Assembly (NCBI GenBank): GCA_031835245.2
Contig: JAVKOQ020000104.1
Location: 62,001 to 126,000, forward strand
Direction: 5' to 3'
Origin: Balamuthia mandrillaris
Lineage: Eukaryota
DNA length: 64,000 nucleotides
The translations under genes were made by a program, and so were the position numbers. This document shows positions 25,516 through 41,800 of this stretch, one piece after another (position 1 is the stretch's first letter; every line of letters starts with the position of its first letter). The notes beneath the pieces were generated by a model. It saw only the letters and a list, made by a program, of their open reading frames with translations. It had not been told where the DNA came from and ran no database searches.

Positions 25516-26127
25516 GACATGAAAGACAAAGCAATATCGAGAGAGAGAGAGAGAGAGGAGGAAGCAAAAGGAGCAGGAGGAGAGATCAAACCAATTCGAG
25601 AGACAGTGCCAGTGTCACGTAGATGTTGTACGATGCTCGCGAGGTCGTCCTTTTCAAAATAGCCCAAAGAAACGTATTCGCCTAGTTATGTGCAACAATT
25701 TGAAAAAAAGTAGATGGTGAGAGACAAATAGAACAGAAACAAAGGAGGAGCTGATCAAATATCAACCTTCCGAGATGCCAGAACCAGAAAAGTCCAAAGA
25801 GAGCAGGGTTATGTTGTAGGGGAGCAAAATAGGAATACAATCAAGGGCGTCCATGCGGGACCCGCAGTTGCCGTGGAGGTAGATGACGCAAGGCAGCCGC
25901 TCGAAGGGCCTCTCCTCCCTCAGCGGCTCGTAGTGGCTGAGCTGCAGGGCGTGTCCTCGCTCGTTGGTGACCCGCAGGTCGGTCCGCTGGAAGCGGCGGC
26001 GTCCGATCCGGAAGCGGGCGGGGCCGAGGTCCTCGACGTCGTAGGTGAAGCGGGGCGGGCGAACGATGGCATCCACGAGGGCCTGGTACCCTCCGCTTAT
26101 TCCAGAGAACGACAGCCCACCCTCCAT
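24144..26127 (-). CDS. Alpha/beta hydrolase (YqkD-like) with C-terminal ubiquitin-interacting motif; 3' end uncertain
   Basis: CVIYLHGNCGSR, DFSGSGISEGEYVSLG, GLWGRSMGA nucleophile elbow, LDSPFS, HGKDDTFI, GDHNS. UIM-like EEEMLRQAIFLSLQE. Confidence 0.9.
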
Positions 26128-26560
26128 CTTCGTGTGCTGTTTGTTTTTTTTTTTTTCGCCCTCTCTTCACTATCACCAAGTTAGGGGCAAAACTTGCTCT
26201 CTCTTGATTTTTGTTGTCTATTTGGGGTGCGGAAAAACGAAAAAGAAGCAGTTAGGTTAGGTTAGGGTTTGGGGAGAAGAAAAAAGAGGTTGGGGTTAGG
26301 GTTAGCGGTTCGTTTGATGGTCCAGAATTTACGAGGAGTCACCCCATCAACTCGCACCACAAAAAATTGCGGACAGCAGGAGGAAGAGAGAGAGAGAGAA
26401 AAAAAAAAGGGGTTCATTTCTAGAAGAGAGAGAGAACACGAGAGGGGGTGAAGGCGTACGAAACCAAAAAGGGAGGTTGTGTAAGCCCGACGGTCTTCTT
26501 CTTTTTTAAAAAAAAAAAAAAACATAACCTTGCAAGCAAATCAAAAGTCGCTGCTGCACG

Positions 26561-28356
26561 ATGCTTACTTCCGTCCGTTCAAGTTCTACCTCGTTGAACC
26601 GCGCTCTTCCTGCCGTGTTCCAAACCCAGGTACACAGCGACCTGGAGATTTTCTTTCTTTAAATCTCTCTCGTTCCCTCTTGCTTTCATCACTCTGCTCT
26701 CTCGCTCTTCTTTTTTCCCCCCTCTCCTTCTCTCTTTCGACAAACTCAGGAGCGTGCTAATTATAAAAAACTAATCCCCTATTTTCACAACCTCGTACCA
26801 TAGAGGTTCTACGCGGCCAAGGTGCTCACAGCGGAGCAGTACTCCGAGCGACCCACCCAAAGCATTGGTGAGTTCCAGAGCTCCTCCCTGCCCAATGGCC
26901 TCTCCCTCGCCACCGTTAACACGGAGGTACCGCTCTCCGCTGTGGGCGTCTTTGTCAAGGCTGGCTCTCGCCACGAGAGCAGCGAGTTCAGGGGTGCTTC
27001 TCACTTTCTTAAGCACTTTGCCTTTCAGGTTTTTCTCCCTTTTTTTTTAACTCTTCACTTCAGCGCTAACGAATTGTTGTTAACAACTTCTCTTTGCATG
27101 TATTTGATAAACTACAGCGTACCTCCACAAGGAGCCCGCTTCGAGTGTGCCGCGAGTTTGAGCTGACGGCAGGAGACTACACATGCGGGGTCACACGTGA
27201 GCACATTGTCTACTCCTCCCAGTTTCAACGACAAAAGCTAGGAGAGGTCGTGCCCATGCTGAGCGACGTTCTCTCCCCGCTCATCAGGGAGTGGGTCGTG
27301 CGGGATTTGAAGCCCGTTGTAATCGAGGAGACCCTCGAGGCGGAGAGGGACCCCGACACACAACTGGTGGAGGCCCTTCACACTACCGCCTTCCGACACA
27401 CCGGCCTCGGCAACTCGTTGTTCTGCCCAACGTACAGGACCTCTGCCATCACTCCCGATCTCCTCAACGCCTACCACAACTCTCGCTTCCAACCACACAA
27501 TATTACTCTGGTTGGTGTCGGCGTGGACCACGAGGAGTTTGTAGAGTTGGCCAGCAAGCACTTTGGTGGAGCTGCCACGTCTCAGGGAGGCAAGCCCCAA
27601 AAGGAGGCCTCCAAGTACGCCGGTGGTGAAGCCCTGCTGCCCGACCCCAACAACACCCGCCTTGCCATCGCCTTTGAAGGCCTCTCCAACACCGACAAGG
27701 ACCGATTCGCTCTCCTCACACTGAGCAGCCTCCTCGGCGGTAGCGAGAGATACAGCAAGGACGGCCCCGGCCGAGGCCTCCGCTCCAGGCTCTACACCAA
27801 CCTCGTGGCCAAGAACGAGTTTGTCACTGCCGCTTCCACCTTCAACGCCGCCTACAGTGATGCCGGCCTTTGGGGCGTCTATGCTGAGGCCCAGCCCCAG
27901 CACGGCGCCGCTCTTGCCGAGCAGTTGACCGCCGAGCTCGCCAACGTGCGCAAACAATCTGCCAGCGGCATTGCTGCGGAGGAACTCACCAGGGCAAAGA
28001 ACCACGCCAAGAGCGTCCTTCTACGTGGCTTGGAGAGCGAGTCTGCTCAGGCCTCTCTCCTTCCTTTCGTCGCCCTCCAAAGGTCTGTCTCCGAACAGCT
28101 CCTGACCCCTGCACAGCTCTGCGAGCACGTTGACAAGGTACTTTCTCCTTTGCTCTTCATCTCTCGAGTTTCTTTTCCTCCATTTTTTTTGTTCAACTCG
28201 CTTCTAATTCCTATGTGCTTGACGGTGCAGGTAACGGCGGAAGATGTTAGCAGAGTAGCACAGCGCTTGTTGAAGGGTAATCCCACTGTTGTGGTCACGG
28301 GTGATGTTGTTGGTGCGCCATTGGGCGCTAGCATCAAATCTGCTATTGGCCTGTAA
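26561..28356 (+). CDS. M16 peptidase-family non-catalytic subunit (MPP-alpha / cytochrome bc1 core protein 2-like), mitochondrial
   Basis: Presequence MLTSVRSS..RFYA; LPNGL..VKAGSRHE..GASHFLKH (no HxxEH); GPGRGLRSRLY; YSDAGLWG; ELTRAKN. Confidence 0.9.
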
Positions 28357-28467
28357 TCTCCTCCCTTTTTTTGTTCTTTTTACCTTCTCCGTTTCCTAGA
28401 TTTTTTCAAAAAAAAAATTCTCCTCATGTGAAAGAAAAACAAATAGTCTCCTTTTCACTCTCTCACC

Positions 28468-28517
<50 letters not shown>

Positions 28518-28621
28518 CTCTCTGTCCATACAACAAAAGAGTTAAATAATACCTGCTTTTCTTCCTTGCTCCTCTCTTTTTCATGAAACTGAAAGAAAAG
28601 GAACACCTCGCTCTCTCCCTC

Positions 28622-30135
28622 TTAAAGACCCGTGTACACAGGACCAGGCAAGGGCTCAGGGATGAGCTTGCCTGTCTCTGAGTTTCTGCCACGCACGCGG
28701 GTTCCGCCGCGCTGCCACTGGTACCCTACCCGTGTTCTCCTGTACCGCCTCATGATGACGAAGCAGAGAGCCAAGCCCACCACTATCACCGCCAAACACC
28801 CGCACACCAACGTTATGTAGAAGAACGCTGATGGATGGCAGTTCTTCAAAAACAAGTTTAGCAGAAGGAGGAGGAGAAGCACAAGAGGAAGAAAAGGAAC
28901 AAGAAAAAACATATGACCACAAAAGAAAAGTAAAAGCAAGGTCCTACCTCTGCTTTCGCTTTGGAGACAAAAAGAATGGCGCATTTAGAAGGATCAGCTG
29001 AGCCAGACTCGCAATAATGATTGGAAGGGCATGGCAGCGGCTGCGGCGTTCGCAGGTTGGGACAGTAGTAGCCCACCGGACATTCCAGACAGTCGGCAAA
29101 TGTGCTGGATCCTATGAAGCTGTTCCATCTGCCTCGTCCACAGTCTGTGCATTTGCCCAGCCCACTCAATGCACTGTATGACCCTGTTTGTTTGTGTTAG
29201 TTTTTGTATTTGTGTTTGTGTTTGTGTTAGTTATTTGTTTTTTGTTTCGGTTGGCATTTTGTTTGTTGTTGGGACAAATAGAAGTCAACAATAATACCTT
29301 GAGGGCATGGTTGACAGAAGGTGCTCTTGCGAAGGGAAAAGGTGCCCGGCGGGCAAGCTTGGCACGTCCCTCCAATCCTGTAAGTGAGCACGAATTTTAA
29401 AAGAAGGAAAAGAATAAACAACATGAACAGAATAAACAACCAAAAACAAACGACAAACGACAACCGACAAAAGAATGGGTCAATGAGCAATGAAACAAAA
29501 AAACCTGAAAGAAAGTGATAAAAGACAACAACAACAACAACAACAACAGCAGCAGAAAAGGAGGTACGGACGTTGGATTAAAGTAGCCAGCGTTGCAGGC
29601 CTGACAATGGGCCTGATCGGCTGCAGAGGTCTCCCCAGCCTTGCAGGGGGAGCAGGTGGTGTTGCCGCCAAAGCTGACGCTGCCGGCCTTGCACTGCAGG
29701 CAAGAGGTAGCGTTGGTGGCGTTGCTGTACTGCCCAGCAGGGCACGGCAGGCAGTACTCCAGCTTTGGGCAGTAGCCCTCTTCGCATTGACTGCAATTGC
29801 TGTTTTCTGTTGTTTTTTGTTTGTTTTTTTTTTTTTCCAAGAGGTCAGATGGAGAGGGAAGTGAGAGAGAGTCAAGGAAAGTGAAACACACTAGCGTTGC
29901 TGTAGGTTCCAGCGCCACATGGCCGACATAGAGGAACAGGGTCTATCAGCGCTACTGGTTTGGTTTTTGGGGTTGGAGCTGCTGCTTCGGCAAAGACCTG
30001 GAGATGTGGTGCAAGGAGCGGCAAGCAGGCGAGCACCAGGTAGTAGAAGTTCATACACCTGAGCCACGTGACTCGCGGACGCGGCAGTCGATGCCGTGCG
30101 AAAACGACCGTCGTTGTTGTTATCGAGGTTCCCAT
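28622..30135 (-). CDS. Type I membrane protein with GCC2/GCC3 (ephrin-receptor-like/TNFR-like) Cys repeats
   Basis: Signal LVLACLPLLA; repeated CxxCxAGxYS/CPxGxYC; TM AFFYITLVCGCLAVIVVGLALCFVIM; cytosolic tail ending YTGL. Confidence 0.85.
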
Positions 30136-30779
30136 CCTTCCTCCCTCCCTTTTTCTTCCTTCCTCCGCTCTTGCGTTCTTTTTCTCTTCTGTCTCTTCTA
30201 CCAGAGTTTTCTTCACGCCGCTAATGAATGACTCCAGTTCGACTCCCACCAAACGCAACATTGCTCTATCCCTCATCAATGCCACCGGTTCGACTCCCAC
30301 CGATTACGGTTTTTCTTACAGTGTAAATTTGTATTGGCATTATAATGATATGGGAGAGCGCGGACGACACACGGCATGTCCTTGGTAGATATCTGCTCTT
30401 CTTTTGTTTTTCTCTTTCAGCTCCTCTTTCACGCATTTATTGGAGTTGAGATCACGTTCCTCATGTGCAAGGGGGTTGACGTGCAGAATGTGCTCATTGG
30501 CCAACAGAACAAGCAAAGCTATATCTGCATCAAAATGGGTATGGGCAAGCCAAGGCCCCAGAGCTTATACATACGGCCAAAGAAGCACTCACTCTCTCTG
30601 GCAGCCGGACCTCCTCTTGGGTTGTCGATATTGGTCGGCTCAAGCAAATTTAACTCACCATACAAATTTTGGTGGGAAAACTAAAACTTGCTTGAGCCAG
30701 ACAATATTTATGAAGGGACAACAGTACACACGACAATGCTTTTTCTTTTTCTCTTTCGGTTTGGTTTGGTTTTGTTGTT

Positions 30780-32048
30780 TTACTCGCCTCGTTTGGTGAG
30801 CCTAGCTCTGCCCCTACCGGGTCTCATGGGACGGGCAAACTTCTTCTTTACCTCCTCCTTTGGGTGCAAACTGTCGTGGATAGCTTCCACGGAGAGCTCT
30901 TCGGGTTCACAAGCTTCGATCTGAATGCAAGGCGTGAGAGGGATGGTAAACAAAGGAGAGGAGCATGAATGGCTAATTCATACCTTTCCATTGCGATCCA
31001 CAAAAATACCAACAGATTCACCAGCAGCAGATACCACAGACTTCACAGTGGAGTACAACATGCGTTGTTTGATGCTTGAGGTGTCGGGACACCAGTAAAT
31101 GAATACTACAACGCAACCATTTAGTTTCCCGATAAGCAAGAGAATATGAGACGAAAAGCGGAATGGTACCATTGTTGTCATAAGGAGTGTCCTCCCAGGT
31201 ATGGCAATATTTGAAGAAGGCGAAACGAGGTTCGTTCGATGGCATCTCGTTGGCGAGCGAGGAGACGTCAGTGCGTTTGGCCTTAACCAGCTCGATTGTT
31301 TCACGCTCTGTGTCCACACTCTGATGTTTAAATGAAAATGAGAACGAAATGAGCGAAACAAGGAAGGCAAACAATGAAAGAGAAGGAGAGAGAGAAGGTC
31401 GACCAATTGGACAAAGTTGGTTCCAGGGCCATACGACTGCAAGGCGCGTTGAGCATCAGAAGAGAGCGGGAACTGGACAGAGTGCACGTACTCCTTGCTC
31501 AAGCTAGGAGCAACCTCTGCCGTAGCCTGCAGACAACATCAATTCAGTCGGTTAGTTAGCAGGTAACGCTTCGGGCAAAAGCCAACAGCGTACTTCACGA
31601 GACATATGCAGCTCGGCGGTAGTCAATGGTGCATCGGAAGCTGGTTTCAGCAACTTCGCTTGATACGAAGCCCAGTTGAACTCGTCCTGTAGTCATACAA
31701 TTGCTTTCAATATCCTGAAGCGACAGAGAGAGCAGAGAACAGAGAGCAGAGAGAAGGGAAAAGAAGAAGAACAAGACAAAGAGAAGTACGTACTACTTCG
31801 CTGCCATACATGTCAAGACCAAAGTAATTCTTGCCAAGCTGTTTCTTCAAGATGTCTCTGGTGGAAGCATACAACATTCTCTGCTTGACAGGAGAGCCGT
31901 CCGGCACGAACGACATGAGCATCCATTCGTTGCCGTGAAGGTTCTCCGTGTCCAAACGGAAGAGGAAGTAGGCCGGCGTCTTGGGCTTCATTCGTGAGGC
32001 CACTGACTCCAAATCTTTGGCATCACAAGAACAGAGAGAGAGAGCGAG

Positions 32049-32096
<48 letters not shown>

Positions 32097-32548
32097 GAAC
32101 AGACAAAAAGGAAAACAGAAAAGCAAAGAAAGACAAACAAAAGAAAGGAGGGTGTAACAAGGCAGCAGCAGCAAAAAAAGAGACAGCACAAGAACAAGAA
32201 AAAACAAGAAAGTAATGGTACCTCTCTGAAGGTCGTTGGAAATGGGGTGCGAGTACACAGGAATCAAAGTCTCTGCAAAAAAAAGAAAGACGAAAAAAAA
32301 AACCCAACATGAGAAGAAGAGAACCAAAAAAAAAAGAGAGAGAGAGAGCAAAATAAGAAACGAACCATTTTCGATAGAGACTTGGATGTAGCGTACACCT
32401 CCTTGCGTACGCGCGTTGGCAAACGCGTTTTCCAACTCGTTTGATACTATTATTATCGTGAGGCAAAAGAAGCGATTAGAAAAAAAAAAACAAGTTGAGA
32501 AAATTAAAAGGAAAAAAACGTGCCAGGAATGCGGCTGCTGTGGGTCAT
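30780..32548 (-). CDS. TWF: Twinfilin
   Basis: MTHSSRIPVSNELENAF; SFVPDGSPVKQRMLYASTR; second ADF-H domain with IKQRMLYSTVK; C-terminal KFARPMRPGRG tail. Confidence 0.95.
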
Positions 32549-32803
32549 TTTTTTTTTAAAAAAGGTGATCAAAGAAAAAAAAGAAAGCAAAAGTTTCGGC
32601 TTTGGTCTTTCTTTCTTTTCTCTTTTCGAAAAAGAAAAAAGAAAAACAAAAAAAAAAGAAATTAAAAATTATAAACTGATCTTCATTGACTCCTCATATA
32701 AAATGATCGCCCTATAGAAATTCAAAAAAACTCATTCTTTATTTTCGTTTTTTTGATTGTTTTTATTTATTTATTTATTTTTTGGTACATTTCGTTTTTA
32801 TGC

Positions 32804-36572
<3,769 letters not shown>

Positions 36573-36679
36573 CTTGTGTTTGTTGTTGTTGTTGTGGCTA
36601 TTGTGGTGGTGGCGGCGCTACTTTCTTTCCTCTCCGTTTTTTCCAAACAGAAACAAAAAGTCGCTCTTAAAAAAAAAAG

Positions 36680-36823
36680 GCGGGAAAATAAGAGTGCGTC
36701 GTTTCCAATCCAGCCAAACACCATACGAGGAGCCATCCGATGCCGCAAATTTCGCCGTTCCCTAAAAATTCCAGCCTGAGGGGTCCATTCCTGGAAAATC
36801 CTTCTTTTCTTTTCTTTTGCCGC
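36680..36823. promoter_or_regulatory. Two E2F-consensus sites in the MCM2/NAP1 divergent promoter
   Basis: GCGGGAAA (36680-36687) and TTTGCCGC (36816-36823) both match TTTSSCGC. Confidence 0.5.
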
Positions 36824-36935
36824 CAATTCCTTTTTCTTTCCTTTTTTTTTTTTTTGCGGGCTTTCAGAAAGAAAAAAAAAAGGCACTGTCGTCTCCCACC
36901 TCCACCTCTTGTCAAACGGTAAAACTGGTAGCAGA

Positions 36936-38754
36936 ATGTCGAACCAACAAAGTATGATGATGCATCGGTCTTTTGTTTTTGTTTTTGTTTTTTTTTTTGT
37001 TCATTGGTGATCGTTTGCTAAAAAAAAAAAACCTCTCTTTCCTTTCAGTTGATTTCAGCAAATTCGCGTTCAACTTCGGAGAAGCCACCGGTACTTTCAT
37101 CCTCCTTTTCCTCTTATTTGCTTCCTTCTCTTCTCTCTTTTTTTTTTCCTGTGCTTTTTGCAAGACTGGCAATCTTTCTTCTTGTTCATTCGCCAACTTT
37201 GCGTTTACTCTTTGGAATTTTAAAACAGGAATCAACTTGAACGCCGGCCTCGTGAACTCGCTCCAGGCTCAATTGGGCGGTCTGGTGGGACAGTCCTCTG
37301 GCTACCTCGAGTCCCTGCCAAAGAGCGTGCAAGATCGGGTTGAAGCCCTCCGCAACCTTGATGTGAGTATTTTTTTTTTTTGTCGAAGACCCCCTAAACA
37401 GCTCTATAACAAAAACTTGCACTAACTACTTCTCCTCCTTTCTTTTTGTAGCAAGAGACAGTGACCTTGGAGAAAGCTTTCGAAGAGGAAGTCCGCAAGC
37501 TGGAGGAGAAGGTAAAGCCTGTTGTTTACGTTTTTTGGCAGTTTTCACATTTTTGTCTGTTCTCATCCTCTAACCCTCTCTCCCCTTTTGTTTTTCACAG
37601 TACCATGAGTTGTACCGACCCCTCTTCCAAAAGGTGCTTTTCTTTTCTCTTTCTCTGTACTTGCTCTTTTTTTTTCCTCTGTTTTTTTATCCTTCCCTCT
37701 CATTCTTGCTTCGTTCTCCTTTGGTCTCCTTATGTCTTTACTTCTGTCTTCTCCTTTTAGCAAACTGGTGTTTGTGTTCCTATTACTGATCTAATGAACA
37801 ATACAGAGAGCAGAGATAGTGGCTGGCACTGTGGAAGTGGAGCCCTCGGCAAAGACAACAGAAGAGAAGAAAACAGAGGGAGAGGAGAACAAACCCGAAG
37901 AACCAGTCGTTGGCATCCCCGACTTTTGGAGCACAACCCTCCGAAGCCACCCTCTCTTCGCCTCTGTCATCACCGAACAGGATCAGCCCATCCTCTCTCA
38001 CCTACGGGACATCACCTTTGAGACATTGGCCGATGAACTTGGCGTATGCTTTCTCTTCTTAGCGTCTGCTTGTTCATTATTTCTTCTGTTGGTAGCTTTG
38101 AAGAGGAGAGTTGCTAACGTTTGAATGTTGAATGTTGCAGAGCTTTGTGCTGAACTTTCACTTTAACGAGAACGAATACTTTGAAGAGACACTCCTCAGC
38201 AAGACTTACCACATTGACGATTCCTCTGAAGAAGAAATCATGTGCGACAGCATTGATGCGTACGTTTTGTTTTTTAAAGGTTTGTCTTCTTTATTTCTTG
38301 TTTCTCACTTTCTTCTCCAGGACCCAAATTACATGGAAGGCAGGCAAAAACGTGACGGAAGGAACCCAAGGCATGGGCGAAGAGAAGGGCAGCTTCTTCA
38401 ACTTCTTCTCTCCACCAAACCTCTCCGAGGACAAGAAGCCCTCCAAGAAGGAGGAACACCAGATGGGACTTGACTTTGAGATGGCCGTCCTGTTGAAGAC
38501 CAAGATCATCCCTCACGCCGTCAATTGGTTCACCGGAGATGCCGACGTGGATGACGAAGAGGCGCTCAACTTCTTGAACGTAAGTTTCCAAAGTTTTTTT
38601 CTGTTGTTCTCAAAGCACTAATTTTTTTTGTTGACAAAAGTTTAATGCGGAGGATTATAACTCGGATGAGGATGAGGACTACGAACCAGAAGATGATGAC
38701 GATGAGGATGGTGAGGGCCAAGGCAAGGAAACTCCCGAATGCAAACAACAATAA
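36936..38754 (+). CDS. NAP1: Nucleosome assembly protein 1
   Basis: SSGYLESLPKSVQDRVEAL; GIPDFW; FHFNENEYF; SFFNFFSPP; IIPHAVNWFTG; C-terminal PECKQQ (CaaX). Confidence 0.96.
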
Positions 38755-38882
38755 GCTGCTGTTGCCTCTCCACTCTTCCTCTTCTGTTCTATTCCATTTC
38801 AGTTGTTTAAAAAAAACATAAACAAAGCCAATCACCTCCCTTTTACTTCTCATCCACTCCCAACTGGTAAGCATCTGTCTAT

Positions 38883-41800
38883 CTAGTTCCATGCTTGAAT
38901 TTCTTCCCGCAACACAGTAACAATTTCGCAGAGTTTGGAACGTTGGCGAAGAGCCGGATGCACCCTCCGCACGGCAGCCAACCGGTGCACCGTGCTTCCA
39001 AACCAATGCCGCACGTATGGCATATAGCTCATGAAGTGGTCCTGCAGGTGATACGACAACAGAAGGAACAGATAAGAGGCCTCGTACACCAATGCTGCCG
39101 ACGCTTCCACCATTTCTTTCTCGGCTTCTTCTACTTCTTTCTTGTCTTTGAGTTCCTCTGTGTCTTCTTGTTCTGCAGCTTCATGTTCTTCTAGCTCGAC
39201 CCTGGAGAAGGGAAGAGGGATCCTATCGAGACGGTCCACTTCTTCAGCTAGTAAGGAAGCGAGCCCGGATATCAAGTTGACGGCGGCTTTTCGGTTGGTG
39301 GGGAGATGGTGTTGTTGAGGGAGGTGATGATCCTCGCCACCACCGTCGCCATTCTCCTCCATTCCGACTTGCTGCTCCTCTCCTTGCAGCAGCGCTGCGA
39401 TCCCTTCCTTGTGTTGTACCGCTATGAGGCTAAGCAGTCGAATGGCTTTCTTCCGTAATATTTGTGTCTGTAATTAAAGTAAGCAGTTAGTGCTATCTTT
39501 CCCAAAGGAGAGAAAAGACGAAACGAAGGGAAACGATGAGAGAAACCTGTTCAACAGTGCCAAGTTTGGCAGACGTCAACAGTTTGATGATGCGTTCGAG
39601 GAGGGTTGTACATGCTGTTGATTCCAATGAGATTACCGAAAGGCAACTCAGAAAGTCCGACGCTGTTAGTACGACGTGACGGTTAGCCCAACAGCACAAT
39701 AAGGAATATAGTTGCAAAGAGAGGTAAAAAAAATCAGTGCGTTGCATACATTGCATAAGATGAGTGAATAAACTGAGAGCCGCATTTTTTACATCGAAGG
39801 ATTGACCGGAACTCAAAAGTAGCTGCAAAGGCTCTTTCTTAAACAGTGGCAAAACCCTAGGGAAAAGCTTCATGTTAGTTTATTGCTTCAATAGTCTTCG
39901 TGAAAGAATGAAGCGAAGCAATGGAATTGCAGGAACAAAAAAAAAAATAAGCAGTACCGATAAACACGTTGAGGAGGGCATTCCCACAAAGCAGTGTCCA
40001 TTAATTGAAGCACTACAGCTAAAAACGGAGGTCGATCAGAGAAACAACGCCACAACAAACGAGTTAACGTTTGAAACATAGGGGATACTTTTGGCAGAAG
40101 AGGGCTTCCTTCCTCTGGATCTTGTGGTTGTTTCGTAGCAGAAGGAAGAGTTGGGGCGGAGAAGAAGCATTGTGAGGCCCGTGAGGAAGAAGAATCTGGG
40201 TCTGATTTATCTTCTTCCATTGGTGAAGCTTCTGGAGGGTTGTAGACCTCCTTCTCTTTATCTGATAATCCAAAACTCAGTCTAGGATTATTCAGTATTT
40301 GCGACACCAAGTCATCGCCATCTTTTGTTTCTTCTTCTGGTTCCATGCCAAGTGCAAACGAGGTATAGCAATGCCGACACAAAGTGGCCCATCTGCAGTT
40401 CTTGTCCAACATGAGCAGCTGATGAAGCAACAGTAATAGGTTGTGGATGAGTGCAGGAGGAGGTGCCATTCTTTTCTCCAATAATGATATTGAGGCCGAA
40501 GATGGTGCTGTTCGATCTTCCTCCTTCTCCTTTTCCTTTTCCTTCTCCTTTCCTTTGTCTCTTTCTTGTTCTCGTTCTTGGTGATCTTCTTCGCCTTCTT
40601 GTTGTGGGCTAACCACCTGAGATAGAACCGAAAGTAAGATGGGAAGGAGGTGAGACCAAGGTTCGTCGTCCTGGAAGACAGCAAAAATGGCTTGGTGCAG
40701 CTCTGTTCGAAAGGCTTTGTAATAGCGTTGTTGGTAAGTAGCTGTTGATGGTGACATTATCTCTGGGTCCAACAAGTCCAAGAAATGTTGCATTGTCGCG
40801 TTGCTACCGAATAGATACCTTCCTCGTGATTGCGAGTGTTTGAGCATGTCCTCATCAGCTCTGCCGGACGCCTACACGTTACAAAAAGCAATGAGAAGCA
40901 AGACAAGAAAGAAAGCATAGAGAAAAGAAAAGTTACTTGTGAGGAGCACATGGGATCAACAGAAGCAGACACCAGGTTGACAACGGGTTGTTCTTTCTTG
41001 TTGGAAAGCATGCTATTTAATGCTCTTCTTTTTTGTTGTAAGGCCTCTTCCAAAGCCAGAATTTCTTGCTGCAAAGTGTCCGTTGAATGGGCAGAAAAAG
41101 CAGGAGGAGGAGGAAGAACGGGCGACATAACGCCAGAGGAAGAAGAATTCACAGGAGGGCTAGAGGCAGGCAAGGATGAAACTGTGGACATGGTTTCAGC
41201 GACATGATTTAGCGTCTCCGCGTCCAACATGTCCAACACTTTGGTTTTCTTTATAGGGGTCTCATGATGGCTCCCTTTTTTGGGAGTTGTTGTGCCGGAG
41301 GAAGTGGTAGGGGGAGGTTTAGCAAGGGCTGCAGCAGCGTCTTCAAGCCACATCATGTTATCTTCCGTATCCAAAAAAGAAAGGGATGAGGCCATGTTGT
41401 TTTTCTCTATTGAAGCAGCAGTGGGTTGGTCACGAAATGAGGACGACTGGTAAGAAGTGGGATGGTGGTTTTGTGGGAAGTATTGATGCGAAGGTGGAAG
41501 ATGAGATGCAGGAGGTTCCGTTGTTGTTGGCATCGGCCGACGTGTGAAAGCGCTTTGTTGTGCAGTGGTAAGCTTGTTCTCGAGTGCTTCGCCAGTCATA
41601 GGGGCAGGAGCCGCAGAAGGGGCGGGAGCTCTTGACCGAGAGGACAACCATTGCGATGTTGTTGGTGCGTTTTGTTGTGCGTAATCGTTGACAGTGGTGG
41701 TAAAAGTGGTGGGAGGTTGTTCAGGTTTGTGAGAGGGGATGGTAGCGGAAGGTTGATGAAGCTGAGCGGCTGGTTGAAGGCTGGCGATGGTGAAGAAGCC

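Noticed and set aside
27238..28005. 255-aa antisense ORF
   Set aside because: Shadow of the GC3-rich MPP-like coding exon.
30237..30301. tRNA gene suggested by GGTTCGACTCC
   Set aside because: No T-stem pairing, D-arm or acceptor stem.
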